NCBI GenBank assembly: GCA_038150265.1
Contig: JAYOTF010000007.1
Coordinates: 36,700-100,699, forward strand
Source of the DNA: Deltaproteobacteria bacterium
GTDB taxonomy: Bacteria; SAR324; NAC60-12
Direction of reading: 5' to 3'
DNA: 64,000 bases
This document shows, one piece after another, positions 48,139 to 60,306 of this stretch. A program made the translations under genes and the position numbers. Position 1 is the stretch's first letter. Each line of letters opens with the position of its first letter. The notes under the pieces are model-generated. The model was not told where the DNA came from. It ran no database searches and saw only the letters and a program-made list of their open reading frames with translations.

Positions 48139-50133
48139 TTACGCCGCTTGGACCGAGACCTGAAACAGGGGCTGCTGGAAGGCTTCGGCCAGCCGTTCCG
48201 GGGTGCCAAACAGAAAGAGCTGGTCTCCGGAGGCAAGCGTGGTTTCAGGGCCCACATCCGGAAGCACCTCTCCGTCTCGCTGAATCGCCAGCACCGTCAG
48301 CCCAAACAAGCGGCGGAGGTCCAGCTGAGCCAGGCTTTGGCCGGCCAGCGAAGAGGCTTCCGGAATGAGGTACGTGGAGACCTCCAGGGCAGAAAGCTGG
48401 GCCGTGAGGAGGGCCTGTGTTTCATGGTGCCGGAGGAGCCCGTATTGATCCTTGCGCAACTCGGCAATGCAGTGCTCGACTTCTGGACGTGGCGCAAGGA
48501 AGCCCGCCATGACCCTCCGGAAGATCTCCAGCGAGGTTTCAAACTCCTCCGGAATCACTTCATTGGCGCCCAGTTGCGAGAGGGCGGGAATCTCGGCGAC
48601 GTATCGGGTCCGAACGATCAGGTGCACTGCCGGATTGAGGGCCCGGACCTGTTCGGTGATGCGCCGCACCGCCGCTGGAACGGCAATGACCACAACCACG
48701 GTCCGGGCGTGCTGAACCTGAGCACGTTCCAGGACGGCCTTCCGGGAGGCGTCTCCGTAAAGGATGGGCACGCCTGCCGCGCGCTCCCGCCGGACGGTTT
48801 CCGGATTGGCTTCAATGACCGCATACGGAACGCCCAGCCGAGTGGCCGCCCGGGCGACATTCTGGCCATTGAGCCCGTACCCGATGATGACCAGGTGGTC
48901 GCTTTGTTCCGGACCACTCAGGGTCTCCTCTGGCGACAGTCCTGCCCAGCCCAGCCGAAGGCGCAGGGGCCATGGTGCGCGCAAGACGCCTTCAGCCAGC
49001 CGGGTGCTGTGCGGCAGGAGCAACGACGCGAGGATCATCGACAGCACGGTCACGGTGAGGACGCCTTGCCCGAGCGTTTCATCCCGGATGCCCGCAGCCG
49101 CAGCCGCCCGGTCCAGCAGGAAGGCAAACTCGCCAATTTGTGCGGTCAGCAGCCCGACTTTTACCGAAACCGACAGGTCCGCTCCCGTCACCCAGGTGGC
49201 CATGCCGCCCAGCAGGGCCTTGCCCAGAAAGAGCAAGGCGGTCGCTCCCAGAACCCATGGCAGGTACTCCCAGACAAACCGGGGGTCGAGGAGCATCCCG
49301 ACCGAGATGAAGAAGAAGCTCGTGAAAACGTCTCGGGAAGGAAGAATGTGCTCCAGGGCATCGTGACTGAATTCGGACTCAGCGACCATCACACCGGCAA
49401 GGAAAGCGCCCAGCGCCAGGGAAAAGCCGGCCCAGGCCGTTAGCCAGGCAATGCCGAGGCAGAGTCCAATCACGGTCAGCGGAAACAGCTCCGGAACCTT
49501 GCTGGCAACGACCTGGTGCAGCAGACGCGGCAGCAGCACGCGGGCTCCCAGGGCGATTCCGGCCAGCAGCCCGGCCAGGGCCAGCCCGATCCAGATCCAG
49601 TTGACCGACTCTCCGGAGCCTTCTGCAAGCAGCGGGACGATCAGGAGCATCAGCACAGCGGCAATGTCCTGAAAGACCAACACGCCGAGGGTTGCGCGCC
49701 CATGCACGGTTTCCAGCTCGGCTTGATCCTGCAGCGCCTTGAGGACCAGCGCAGTGGAGCTGAGGGCGAGCGCTGCCCCGAGGAAGAGGGCGGCCTTCAG
49801 TTCAAGCCCACCCCAGAGAGCAATGGCAGCAGTGGCCGCAAAGACGAGCCCCACCTGCACGGCTCCGGTGCCCAGCATCCACCGCTTCAGCTCCACCAAG
49901 CGGGCAAAGGAAAATTCAAGACCGATGCTGAAGAGGAGCAGCACAACCCCGAACTCGGCCAGCATTTCCACTTCATGGGCATAAGAGATCCAGCCCAGCC
50001 CATCAGGACCCGCGACCACTCCGGTCACGAGGAGGCCAACAGCAGGGGGAAGCCCCAGGCGGTGAAAGACGAGGACCACCACAACGGCGAGCCCCAGCAG
50101 CACGATCAGGTCTTGCAAAAAAGCGAGGTTCAT
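48139..50133 (-). CDS. CPA2 cation:proton antiporter with TrkA-N and TrkA-C domains (KefC/YbaL-like)
   Basis: AEFGVVLLLFSIGLE, LSSTA, FQD, QIGEFAF, IIGYGLNG. Confidence 0.92.
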   Translation of the reverse strand: MNLAFLQDLIVLLGLAVVVVLVFHRLGLPPAVGLLVTGVVAGPDGLGWISYAHEVEMLAEFGVVLLLFSIGLEFSFARLVELKRWMLGTGAVQVGLVFAATAAIALWGGLELKAALFLGAALALSSTALVLKALQDQAELETVHGRATLGVLVFQDIAAVLMLLIVPLLAEGSGESVNWIWIGLALAGLLAGIALGARVLLPRLLHQVVASKVPELFPLTVIGLCLGIAWLTAWAGFSLALGAFLAGVMVAESEFSHDALEHILPSRDVFTSFFFISVGMLLDPRFVWEYLPWVLGATALLFLGKALLGGMATWVTGADLSVSVKVGLLTAQIGEFAFLLDRAAAAAGIRDETLGQGVLTVTVLSMILASLLLPHSTRLAEGVLRAPWPLRLRLGWAGLSPEETLSGPEQSDHLVIIGYGLNGQNVARAATRLGVPYAVIEANPETVRRERAAGVPILYGDASRKAVLERAQVQHARTVVVVIAVPAAVRRITEQVRALNPAVHLIVRTRYVAEIPALSQLGANEVIPEEFETSLEIFRRVMAGFLAPRPEVEHCIAELRKDQYGLLRHHETQALLTAQLSALEVSTYLIPEASSLAGQSLAQLDLRRLFGLTVLAIQRDGEVLPDVGPETTLASGDQLFLFGTPERLAEAFQQPLFQVSVQAA

Positions 50134-50165
50134 GAAGGCCTTGATGATCTGAAGCGAGGAAGTGA

Positions 50166-51548
50166 TCAGGCCGTGCCGGAGGCCTGTTTGGAAAGCTGAA
50201 GCAGCTTGGGAAGGATCCGGAGGCGCAGCCAGAGCATGGCGCCTCCACCAGAGACCGCGTTGCCAATGGCCACGCCCAGGAAGATCCCAAGGAGCCCAAG
50301 CCAGGCGGAGCCCAGCCATGCCAGCGGCAGGATGAGCAGGAACAAGCGGACGAGGTTGATGACCGACGACTGCAGGGGCAGGTTCAGGCCGTTGCAGGCC
50401 GAGCTGGCCAGAAGGGACAGGCCAAAGAGACCGTAGCTGACGGGAACCACCCAGAGGTAGAGGCGGGTCAGGGCCTGAACGGATTCGGCGTTACTGAAGA
50501 GCCCTGCAATTGGAAATGCCCCTGCGGCAAGAATCAGCAGGGCTCCCACTCCCCAGGTAAGCGAGAAGCGGGTGCTGAAGCCGAGGGATTCCTCAATGCG
50601 TTTGGGGTGGCGTGCCCCCATGTTCTGCCCGACAAACGGGGTCAGAACCGAGGAGAGGGCCATGATGCCCAAAATGGCAAGTGACTCAAGGCGAGTGCCG
50701 ACTCCAAATGCTGCCACGGAGTCGGAGCCGTACTGCGACACCATGCGGGTGAGGACCGCATTGGAAAGCGGGTTCAGCATGTTGGTGAGGGCCGCCGGAG
50801 TCGCAATGAAGAGAATGGGCTTCCACGATTCCCACACCAGCAGCGGGTGCGGAAACGCGTACTCCAGCATCTTTTCGCGCTTGCCCAGTACCCAGAGCCC
50901 GGCAAACATCGCAAAGAAGTAGGCAATGACCGTCGCCAGCGCTGCCCCTCGGACGCCCATCTCCGGAAAGGGGCCGATGCCGAAGATCAGAAACGGATCC
51001 AGGACCGCGTTCACCAGGGCCACCACCATCATCACCAGGCTGGGGGTGCGGCTGTCTCCGGTTGCCCGGATGGCACTGTTTCCCACCATCGGCAAGGCCA
51101 GCAGGGGCACCCCGAGGTACCAGATGGTCATGTAGTCACGGATGATGACCTGCAGCTCGGGTCCGGCGCCGAGGGCTGTGAAGACCGGGTCGAGCGTGGT
51201 CAGCCCCAGAAGCGAGAACAGCGACATGATGACAAACGTCAGGTAGAGGCTGTGCGTGGTGAGGCGCTGCACCCGGACCTGGTCTCCTTGCCCAATGGCT
51301 CGGGCGACGACCGAAGACGTGCCGATGCCAATGCCAAAGGCCATGCTCATGACGGTGAAGACCACCGGGAAGGTGAAGCTGATGGCCGCCAGCTCCTGAA
51401 CTCCGAGCTGACCAATGTAGAGGGTATCAATGATGTTGATGAGCATGATGGACACGAGCCCCATGATCATCGGAAGGGTGAGGCGAAACAGCGTGGGACC
51501 AACCGGTCCCTCCAGCATGCGGTTGGAGTCGGGGGAGTTCGGCTTCAT
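50166..51548 (-). CDS. MATE-family efflux transporter
   Basis: DTLYIGQLG, RATGDSRTP, NAVLDP, GVRGAALAT. Confidence 0.92.
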   Translation of the reverse strand: MKPNSPDSNRMLEGPVGPTLFRLTLPMIMGLVSIMLINIIDTLYIGQLGVQELAAISFTFPVVFTVMSMAFGIGIGTSSVVARAIGQGDQVRVQRLTTHSLYLTFVIMSLFSLLGLTTLDPVFTALGAGPELQVIIRDYMTIWYLGVPLLALPMVGNSAIRATGDSRTPSLVMMVVALVNAVLDPFLIFGIGPFPEMGVRGAALATVIAYFFAMFAGLWVLGKREKMLEYAFPHPLLVWESWKPILFIATPAALTNMLNPLSNAVLTRMVSQYGSDSVAAFGVGTRLESLAILGIMALSSVLTPFVGQNMGARHPKRIEESLGFSTRFSLTWGVGALLILAAGAFPIAGLFSNAESVQALTRLYLWVVPVSYGLFGLSLLASSACNGLNLPLQSSVINLVRLFLLILPLAWLGSAWLGLLGIFLGVAIGNAVSGGGAMLWLRLRILPKLLQLSKQASGTA

Positions 51549-52477
51549 GGACCTTTCAGGAGGAAATGAGCGACACGAGGGTGCCCGGCCAGGTCTTGAT
51601 AAAACGCAGGGGACTGCCACTTGGGGTGAGTTGCAGCCAGCTCAGTCAACGCGGGTTGCTGGTCGCTACCGATCTCCAGGAGCATTTCTCCCTCAGGGGC
51701 CAGGCAGGCAGGCGTTTCCGAGAGAAGACGCCGGTAGAGGTCAAGCCCATCGGCTCCGCCATCCAGGGCGAGCGTGGGCTCATGAAGGGCCACCTCCGGT
51801 TGCAGCGTCGGGATGGTATCCCGAGGAATGTAAGGGGGGTTGGCGACCCAAAAGTGAAAGGGGCCTTGGGCGGGAAGCTGTGTCAGGGCATCGCCACAAA
51901 GAAAGGTCAGGGTGTTGTTTCGGGGGGCAGCCAGGTCGGCGTGGCGGGCCCGGTTCCGTTCAGCAAGGGCCTGCGCATCGGGGCTCACCTCGGCGCTGAT
52001 GAGGTCCAGATTTTGTAATTCGGAGGCAAGGGCCAGCGGAATGGCGCCTGAGCCGGTTCCCAGCTCAGCGATGCGGCAGCGAGACTGCGGGTGAGCCGCC
52101 TGCCACTTCCGGATGCGAACGACCGCCTGCTCCACCAGGGTTTCCGTGTCTGGACGTGGAATGAGAACCGCCGGGCTGACTTCCAGCGGGAGTGACCAGA
52201 ACTCCTGCTCGCCCAAAAGGTAAGCGGTGGGCCATCCGGAGGCGCGTTGCCGGACCAACTGGCGAAAGGGCGCCCGCTCGGCTTCGTCCAGGGGGCGATC
52301 CTTCTGCAGGTACAGCTCCAGCCGTGACAGCCTCAAGGCGTGAGCCAGCAGGAGCTCTGCGTCCAGACGGGCCGTCGTGAGGCCTTTTTCGGAAAAAAAA
52401 TGCTGGGTCCACCCGAGCAGGGTCTCAATGGTCCACAGGTCCGGAGTCGGAGGAGGCGTAACAGGGTCGGCAGGCAC
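51545..52477 (-). CDS. prmC: Release factor glutamine methyltransferase
   Basis: VLIPRPDTE, ELGTGSGAI, ANPPYI, ALDGGADGL; probable GTG start at 52477. Confidence 0.93.
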   Translation of the reverse strand: MPADPVTPPPTPDLWTIETLLGWTQHFFSEKGLTTARLDAELLLAHALRLSRLELYLQKDRPLDEAERAPFRQLVRQRASGWPTAYLLGEQEFWSLPLEVSPAVLIPRPDTETLVEQAVVRIRKWQAAHPQSRCRIAELGTGSGAIPLALASELQNLDLISAEVSPDAQALAERNRARHADLAAPRNNTLTFLCGDALTQLPAQGPFHFWVANPPYIPRDTIPTLQPEVALHEPTLALDGGADGLDLYRRLLSETPACLAPEGEMLLEIGSDQQPALTELAATHPKWQSPAFYQDLAGHPRVAHFLLKGP

Positions 52478-52731
52478 ACGCGCCAGAGGAAAAAGGGATT
52501 GAACGATGGAGCAAAAAAGCTCCTTTCCGGAGGCTCGCTTCCGCAGGAAAGACGCGGAGGGGCAAAGCCGAGGCTTTCGGACAGGTCTGGAACTTCCGGC
52601 AGAGTTTCCCTGCCTCAGAAGCGAAACGACTTGTGATGCTTTTGGAAGAACAAACAATTAATGATAGAAATGAACCCGTTTATTGTCTAGGCGGATTCCC
52701 TCGCGCAACACACTGTTACAGGAGGCACTGA

Positions 52732-53580
52732 ATGCACACGACTTATATTCCCGCTGAAGAAGTCGCTTCAAAACTGGATCACCCCGACTGGGTTTTGCTG
52801 GACTGCCGGTTCTCGCTGGATGCTCCCGACCTGAAGGAGCAGGACTATCAGCAGTCGCACCTTCCGGGCGCTCGGTACGTTCACCTGGAACGCGACCTGT
52901 CTGGCGAGATTCAGGTGGGAAAAACGGGGCGGCATCCGCTCCCGACCTTTGAGGACCTGGTGGTGCGGCTGGGAAGCTGGGGCATTGGTCCGGGCGTGCA
53001 GGTGGTGGCGTATGATGACGCAAACGGCGCCTATGCCGCGCGCCTGTGGTGGATCCTCCGGTGGCTTGGGCACGATGCTGTCGCGGTGATGGATGGCGGC
53101 TGGAACGCCTGGACTGCCGCGGGCCTGCCTGTTTCGGAGGCGCTGCCCACCAAGGAGCCCCGGGAGTTTCAGCTCAACCCTCGGCACACGTGGCTGCTCA
53201 ATGCCCATGAGGTCGATGCCCTCCGTGAGCGTCCGGACGTGGTCCTGATTGACGCCCGTTCCGGTGATCGATTCCGGGGGGAAAATGAACCGATTGATTC
53301 CGTGGCCGGCCACATTCCGGGAGCGAACTCCCTGCCGTGTTCGGAAAATTTGGGCCCCGATGGGCTCGTGAAAACTCCGGAGGCCCTGTGTGAACGCTTT
53401 GAAGCCGTGCTGAACGGGCGCCCCCCCGAGCGCCTCATCAGCTACTGCGGCTCCGGTGTCACGGCCTGCCTGAACCTGCTGGCGCTCAAGCATGCCGGTC
53501 TTGGAGACGGACGCCTGTACGGAGGCTCCTGGAGCGACTGGATCACGGATCCGGACCGCCCCATTGCCACAGGGGCCTGA
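52732..53580 (+). CDS. sseA: Tandem-rhodanese sulfurtransferase (SseA-like)
   Basis: GRHPLP, AARLWW, GHIPGA, YCGSGVTAC, YGGSWSDW. Confidence 0.88.
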   Translation: MHTTYIPAEEVASKLDHPDWVLLDCRFSLDAPDLKEQDYQQSHLPGARYVHLERDLSGEIQVGKTGRHPLPTFEDLVVRLGSWGIGPGVQVVAYDDANGAYAARLWWILRWLGHDAVAVMDGGWNAWTAAGLPVSEALPTKEPREFQLNPRHTWLLNAHEVDALRERPDVVLIDARSGDRFRGENEPIDSVAGHIPGANSLPCSENLGPDGLVKTPEALCERFEAVLNGRPPERLISYCGSGVTACLNLLALKHAGLGDGRLYGGSWSDWITDPDRPIATGA

Positions 53581-53594
53581 CCCCGCCTGAGGAC

Positions 53595-54281
53595 ATGACC
53601 CCACTCCGCAAGCAACCCTGGTTCCGGGCGCTGAAGCTCCGCCTGGGAGCCGGCCTCTTCACGCAGCTTTTGCGTGTGACGGGCAAGACGGCTCGTGTTC
53701 GGCGTGAGAACGAACACGCGCTTCAGGCTGCCTTGGCGCAGCACGGGACCTTCCTGCTCGCCACCTGGCACGAGAACATCTACTTCAGCACCTGGATGCT
53801 CCGGGACCTCGGCCTGACTGCGCTCATCAGCAGCTCCCGGGATGGCGCCGCCATCTATGCGGTCATGCAGCACTTCAACTTCAAGGCGGTCCGGGGGTCG
53901 TCCACCCGAGGCGGAATGCTGGCCCTGCGGGAGCTGCTGGAGGCCCTGAAGCGTCAAGAGCCGGTTGCCATCACCCCTGATGGTCCTACCGGACCCCTGC
54001 ATCAGGTGCAGCCCGGGATTTTACTGCTGGCAAAAAAGACGGGGCTGCCGATTCTTCCCTGGCACTATGAAGTCCGGGATGCGTGGCACCTGAACAGCTG
54101 GGATGCGCATAAGGTTCCCAAACCGTTTACCTCTGGTGTCGGTCGGTTTGGAGAGGCGTTTTACGTGGAGGCTCAGACTTCAAGCGCTGACCTGGAGCAG
54201 GTGGCGCGGAAGCTGGAAGACGTGATGCAGGCGAACGTGGAAGCCGTGCGGCGGTTGGTGGGGGCATCCGGGGCCACGTGA
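53595..54281 (+). CDS. DUF374 / lysophospholipid acyltransferase family protein
   Basis: WH, LISSSRDG, VRGSSTRGG, ITPDGPTGP, SWD...PKPF. Confidence 0.85.
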   Translation: MTPLRKQPWFRALKLRLGAGLFTQLLRVTGKTARVRRENEHALQAALAQHGTFLLATWHENIYFSTWMLRDLGLTALISSSRDGAAIYAVMQHFNFKAVRGSSTRGGMLALRELLEALKRQEPVAITPDGPTGPLHQVQPGILLLAKKTGLPILPWHYEVRDAWHLNSWDAHKVPKPFTSGVGRFGEAFYVEAQTSSADLEQVARKLEDVMQANVEAVRRLVGASGAT

Positions 54282-54300
54282 CGCGACCCCGGGGACCGGC

Positions 54301-55248
54301 TCAAAGCTGGTCGTTGTAGGCCTTGATGGCCTGACTCTTCATCTCTTCAAGGTAGAGCCGGGAGTAGATCTCAATCAGGAAGGGACGCAGGTCGTTGACA
54401 TCCTCATCGTCAGAGTACTCCTGAAAGAACTGCTCATACACATCCAGCGCCCCCACGAGCACCCCGTAATCGGTGAGCAGGTTGGCGTACAGGAATCCGG
54501 AAGAGTCCATGGACTGAGCCTTCTCAGACTGGGTCTTCAGGTCGGTCAGGCGCTTCGAGGTCAGGCGCTTCAGGTGCGAGTCCCGGGTGGTGTAGACGAC
54601 TTCAGAGCCCTCGAGGACCTCAATGAAGTAGCGGACGTTGTCCTTGGGGGGCTCAAGGGTTGCCCGAACCAGGGACGCCTCAGTGGCCGGGATCTCGTAG
54701 GTCCCGATCTCGTCCCACTGCTTGGTCTTGCGGTTCTTGTCGCCCACGTGGAGCCGGTAGCTGTACTGAGGTCCCACGTTTTCCCAGACGACATCCGGGA
54801 AGTCACTGGTGACCACGACGTTGCCAGCCTTGAGCTGAATGCCGGGCTTCTTCGCCGAGCGCCGGACGGTCGTGTACTTCTGGGTCTTGATGAACTTGTC
54901 ACCAAGTCCAGCGACGAGGTCGCCTGCAGACTCCTGGTTGCCGAGTTGTCCGGAGAGGGCCTGGATGCCGTCGGCAGAAACCTGCGCCACGGTGCCCGCG
55001 GGAACCCGGGTGGTCTGGTTGGTGGACTGGTTGATGAAGGTCACGGAGCTGTCGGGCTCCGTCCGGACCTGATAGGAGTCATACATGAAGACGTTCCGGC
55101 GGACCTTCTTCCACCGCTTCCCGTCCTTGCTGTACTCCACCTTTCCCTGAGGCTCGGTCAGCATGCCAATGGGGGTCCTGGCCCAAAGATTGCCTGCTGA
55201 TATCAGCAGCAGGAGGACAACGACGAGCAACGTTTTTCCAGTACGCAT
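54301..55248 (-). CDS. Secreted protein with a FecR-like N-terminal beta region
   Basis: Signal peptide, GKVEYSKDGKRWKKV...VRTEPDS; helical C-terminus. Confidence 0.6.
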   Translation of the reverse strand: MRTGKTLLVVVLLLLISAGNLWARTPIGMLTEPQGKVEYSKDGKRWKKVRRNVFMYDSYQVRTEPDSSVTFINQSTNQTTRVPAGTVAQVSADGIQALSGQLGNQESAGDLVAGLGDKFIKTQKYTTVRRSAKKPGIQLKAGNVVVTSDFPDVVWENVGPQYSYRLHVGDKNRKTKQWDEIGTYEIPATEASLVRATLEPPKDNVRYFIEVLEGSEVVYTTRDSHLKRLTSKRLTDLKTQSEKAQSMDSSGFLYANLLTDYGVLVGALDVYEQFFQEYSDDEDVNDLRPFLIEIYSRLYLEEMKSQAIKAYNDQL

Positions 55249-55393
55249 GTAACCTTTACGGATAAGGGGTGACGGCATTCAACAAAATAGTCGCCTTTTT
55301 TATCTTATTTTGAAAAAAGAGGCAAACCCGATCCCTTCAGAAACCGGTAAGGATTTCAAGGGCGGGTTTCGCTGGATCGGGTGTGACAAAAAA

Positions 55394-55855
55394 ATGAAGC
55401 GATTGCTGATTGCGCTGGTGAGCAGCTGGGTACTCTCGATGGGAGCGGGCCCTGCCGTGGGGGCTGATACAACGGTGTACGAAAGCCTGAAGCAGGACCT
55501 GGTTGGGCTGGACTACCTGCTCCGGAATGTGGAGTTTACCGAGATTCAATGTGACCTGGGGGCTTGCGAGCTGGTGACCGCCGATCAGTCGTATCAGGTG
55601 AACCTGCGGCGTGCGAGTCCGGTGGAGTACAAGCGAGAGCGCCTGCTGTATGTCCTCAAGCTGAGGGTCCGGTCTCCGTTGATCACGTCGAGTTTGCAGG
55701 TGGATTACATTCAGGATCCGCCGAGCATCATTGTGGGACGCAACGGTTGGAGCGAGCCGATCCCGCCTTATGAAAAGACGATGTTTGGCATGGTGGGACG
55801 CTGGGTGCCGCTGTTGCAGACCTGGCTCCGCCGAGAGGGCCTGAGCATCGATTGA
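55394..55855 (+). CDS. Hypothetical secreted protein
   Basis: MKRLLIAL signal peptide; fills the gap, divergent from the previous gene. Confidence 0.65.
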   Translation: MKRLLIALVSSWVLSMGAGPAVGADTTVYESLKQDLVGLDYLLRNVEFTEIQCDLGACELVTADQSYQVNLRRASPVEYKRERLLYVLKLRVRSPLITSSLQVDYIQDPPSIIVGRNGWSEPIPPYEKTMFGMVGRWVPLLQTWLRREGLSID

Positions 55856-56076
55856 GGGGCGACAGGAGCCGTGTGGACTCGCGGAAGGCTGACTGGCAAC
55901 AAGCCCGGAAGGTCAGGAAGCTGAAGTGAGGGCTCATCCTGGTTGGGGCGGTGGAACTGCAGGGTTCCGGAACCGCCAACCGCTCTAACTGAAAGGGCTC
56001 TCCGTGGAGGGGAAGGGCGGCAGCCCGGAGAAAAACCACCGCCCTGGGAGGGACATTGCGTCCCCAAGGAGAGCGT

Positions 56077-57324
56077 TTAGACGGTTGCGGAGTTTTGGTA
56101 GGAGAAGCCGCCCGGCATCTTCACGAACTCCGGATAGGAGTGCATGCCGAATTCCTTCTCGTCAATGCCTTCGAGTTCCTCTTCTTCAGACACCCGCAGT
56201 CCCATCGTTGCCTTGATGATGCTCCAGACCACGAGGCTGGCAGCAAAGGTGAAGATGCCCACCACAACCACACCGAGCAGCTGGGTGCCGAAGGAGGCAT
56301 CCGGATTGAAGATCCCCACCGCCAGGGTGCCCCAGATTCCGTTGGCAAGGTGAACCGAGAGGGCTCCGACCGGATCGTCAATCTTGAGCTTGTCAAAGAA
56401 CGGAACGGCGAAGATCACCAGCACGCCACCAATGGCGCCAATCAACGCGGCGACTCCCGGAGTGGGGTAGTCGGGACCTGCCGTAATGGCGACGAGTCCG
56501 GAGAGGGCTCCGTTGAGGACCATGGTCAGGTCGATCTTCTTGTACATCACCTGAGTCAGGATCAGAGCAACGATGGCTCCGGCACAGGCGGCCATGTTGG
56601 TGTTGACCATGACTGCGGAGATGGCGTCGGCATCTGCCTTGCTGCCAAGAGCCAGCTGAGAACCGCCGTTGAAGCCAAACCAGCCAAACCAGAGGATGAA
56701 GGTGCCCAGGGTGGCCAGCGGGAGGTTGGAAGCCGGAATCGGCACCACCCGTCCTTGTGCATCATACTTGCCCATTCGTGGCCCCAGCAGCAGGGCACCC
56801 GCGAGCGCGGCCCAGCCACCGACGGAGTGAACGATGGTCGATCCGGCAAAGTCGGAGAAGCCGTCAATCAGGCCACCCAGTGCGGTGCCCCCCCAGGTCC
56901 AGTGCCCCTGAATCGGGTAGATGATGGCGGTCAGGACGAGTGTGAAGATCATGAACGGCCAGTACTTGATGCGCTCGGCCACGGTTCCGGACACGATGGA
57001 CGCAGCAGTCGCAACGAACACAACCTGGAAGAAGAAGTCGGACATCAGGCTGTGTCCGTCGGAGGAGGTGCCCGAGAGGGCAAATCCGAAGCCCATGAAG
57101 CTGTTGCCGTCGGCGTACATGAGGTTGTAGCCCACCACGTAGTAGGCGAGACACGCCAACGCATAGAGGGTGATGTTCTTGGTCAGGATCGCGGTGACGC
57201 TCTTGCTCCGGACCATTCCGGCTTCAAGCATCGCAAAGCCTGCGGCCATCCACATCACCAGCGCGCCGCTGATCAGAAGCCAGATCGTATCCAGCACGTA
57301 TTTCATCTCTGCTGAGAATTCCAT
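56077..57324 (-). CDS. amtB: Ammonium transporter
   Basis: GFAMLEAG, DFAGSTIVH, WFGWFGFNGGS, DDPVGALSVH (twin His retained). Confidence 0.96.
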   Translation of the reverse strand: MEFSAEMKYVLDTIWLLISGALVMWMAAGFAMLEAGMVRSKSVTAILTKNITLYALACLAYYVVGYNLMYADGNSFMGFGFALSGTSSDGHSLMSDFFFQVVFVATAASIVSGTVAERIKYWPFMIFTLVLTAIIYPIQGHWTWGGTALGGLIDGFSDFAGSTIVHSVGGWAALAGALLLGPRMGKYDAQGRVVPIPASNLPLATLGTFILWFGWFGFNGGSQLALGSKADADAISAVMVNTNMAACAGAIVALILTQVMYKKIDLTMVLNGALSGLVAITAGPDYPTPGVAALIGAIGGVLVIFAVPFFDKLKIDDPVGALSVHLANGIWGTLAVGIFNPDASFGTQLLGVVVVGIFTFAASLVVWSIIKATMGLRVSEEEELEGIDEKEFGMHSYPEFVKMPGGFSYQNSATV

Positions 57325-57389
57325 TTAGGTTCTCCGATTGAGGGATTGTTCAACAGAAGCCGAAGCCTCTTGGTCTACCCTCCCCCTTC

Positions 57390-57405
57390 AGCAGAGAGTG
57401 TGCCT
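57390..57405 (-). promoter_or_regulatory. Sigma54 promoter of amtB
   Basis: Minus strand AGGCACACTCTCTGCT, GG-N10-GC. Confidence 0.6.
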
Positions 57406-57466
57406 TCTGGAAATATTTTTTTATGTATCTGATTTTATTAAATTTAATTTTAAGATGACAAATTAA

Positions 57467-57483
57467 TGCCAATATTTTGTGCA
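57467..57483. promoter_or_regulatory. NtrC-like enhancer site
   Basis: TGCACAAAATATTGGCA (minus strand) versus consensus TGCAC-N7-GTGCA; separated from the sigma54 site by an AT-rich IHF-like tract. Confidence 0.55.
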
Positions 57484-57863
57484 TGCGTTTTAGTCGATTT
57501 TTAGGCGAGTTGCTCTTTTTTTAGACTGCACCCCTGGCTGAGAGGGGGCCTCCGGAGGGCCTTGCTGAGCAGCGACCCGGGCCTGCCTGTAGAGGCGACC
57601 TCGCCGGCCACCGGAGCTCTTCAGGTTGAGGTTCACCGTGAGCCCGCAGGCGCCCGTGGTGCTGATCAGAGGATCGAGATGAAGGGGACCCTTTCCTTAT
57701 TGCAGAGGAGGCAGAACTCCGGACGGAGAGCGGCCACGTGCTTCCGGCCGGAGGTTCTTCCGGGTGATCTCAGGGAACCGCTCCGGCGCAGGGCTTCTCG
57801 TGGCGGGGCTTCCATTTTTTCGCATTGAAAAACCCGAGAGATACAGTACTCTACACAAGTTGA

Positions 57864-60149
<2,286 letters not shown>

Positions 60150-60306
60150 GCCACGAGTTAGGGGGGAATCTTGATTCAACGTGCCCGGAGACACCGAACT
60201 TTCCGGGTGCCTTATGACTGCTTCACCAGCCTGCCGCAAGGCAGAGACAGGTCATCACCTGAGCGAAAGCAGGCGTAACTGAAAACCTCAAAGGAAACAG
60301 AGGAAA

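Noticed and set aside
36441..53580. Additional selenoproteins among the redox genes (TlpA-like, rhodanese)
   Set aside because: Their active sites are encoded by ordinary Cys codons (CVPC, CGSGVTAC) with no in-frame TGA.
55856..56076. SRP-like or tRNA-Sec-like RNA between convergent genes
   Set aside because: It lacks the SRP CAGG..GGAA..GCAGC core and any cloverleaf; only a terminator-like GGGCGG/CCGCCC stem is evident.
57530..57780. Possible ncRNA (6S- or TPP-like) or small ORF between amtB and icd
   Set aside because: GC-rich hairpins and a CTGAGA word are present, but I could not build the conserved core of any known family or find a convincing start codon.
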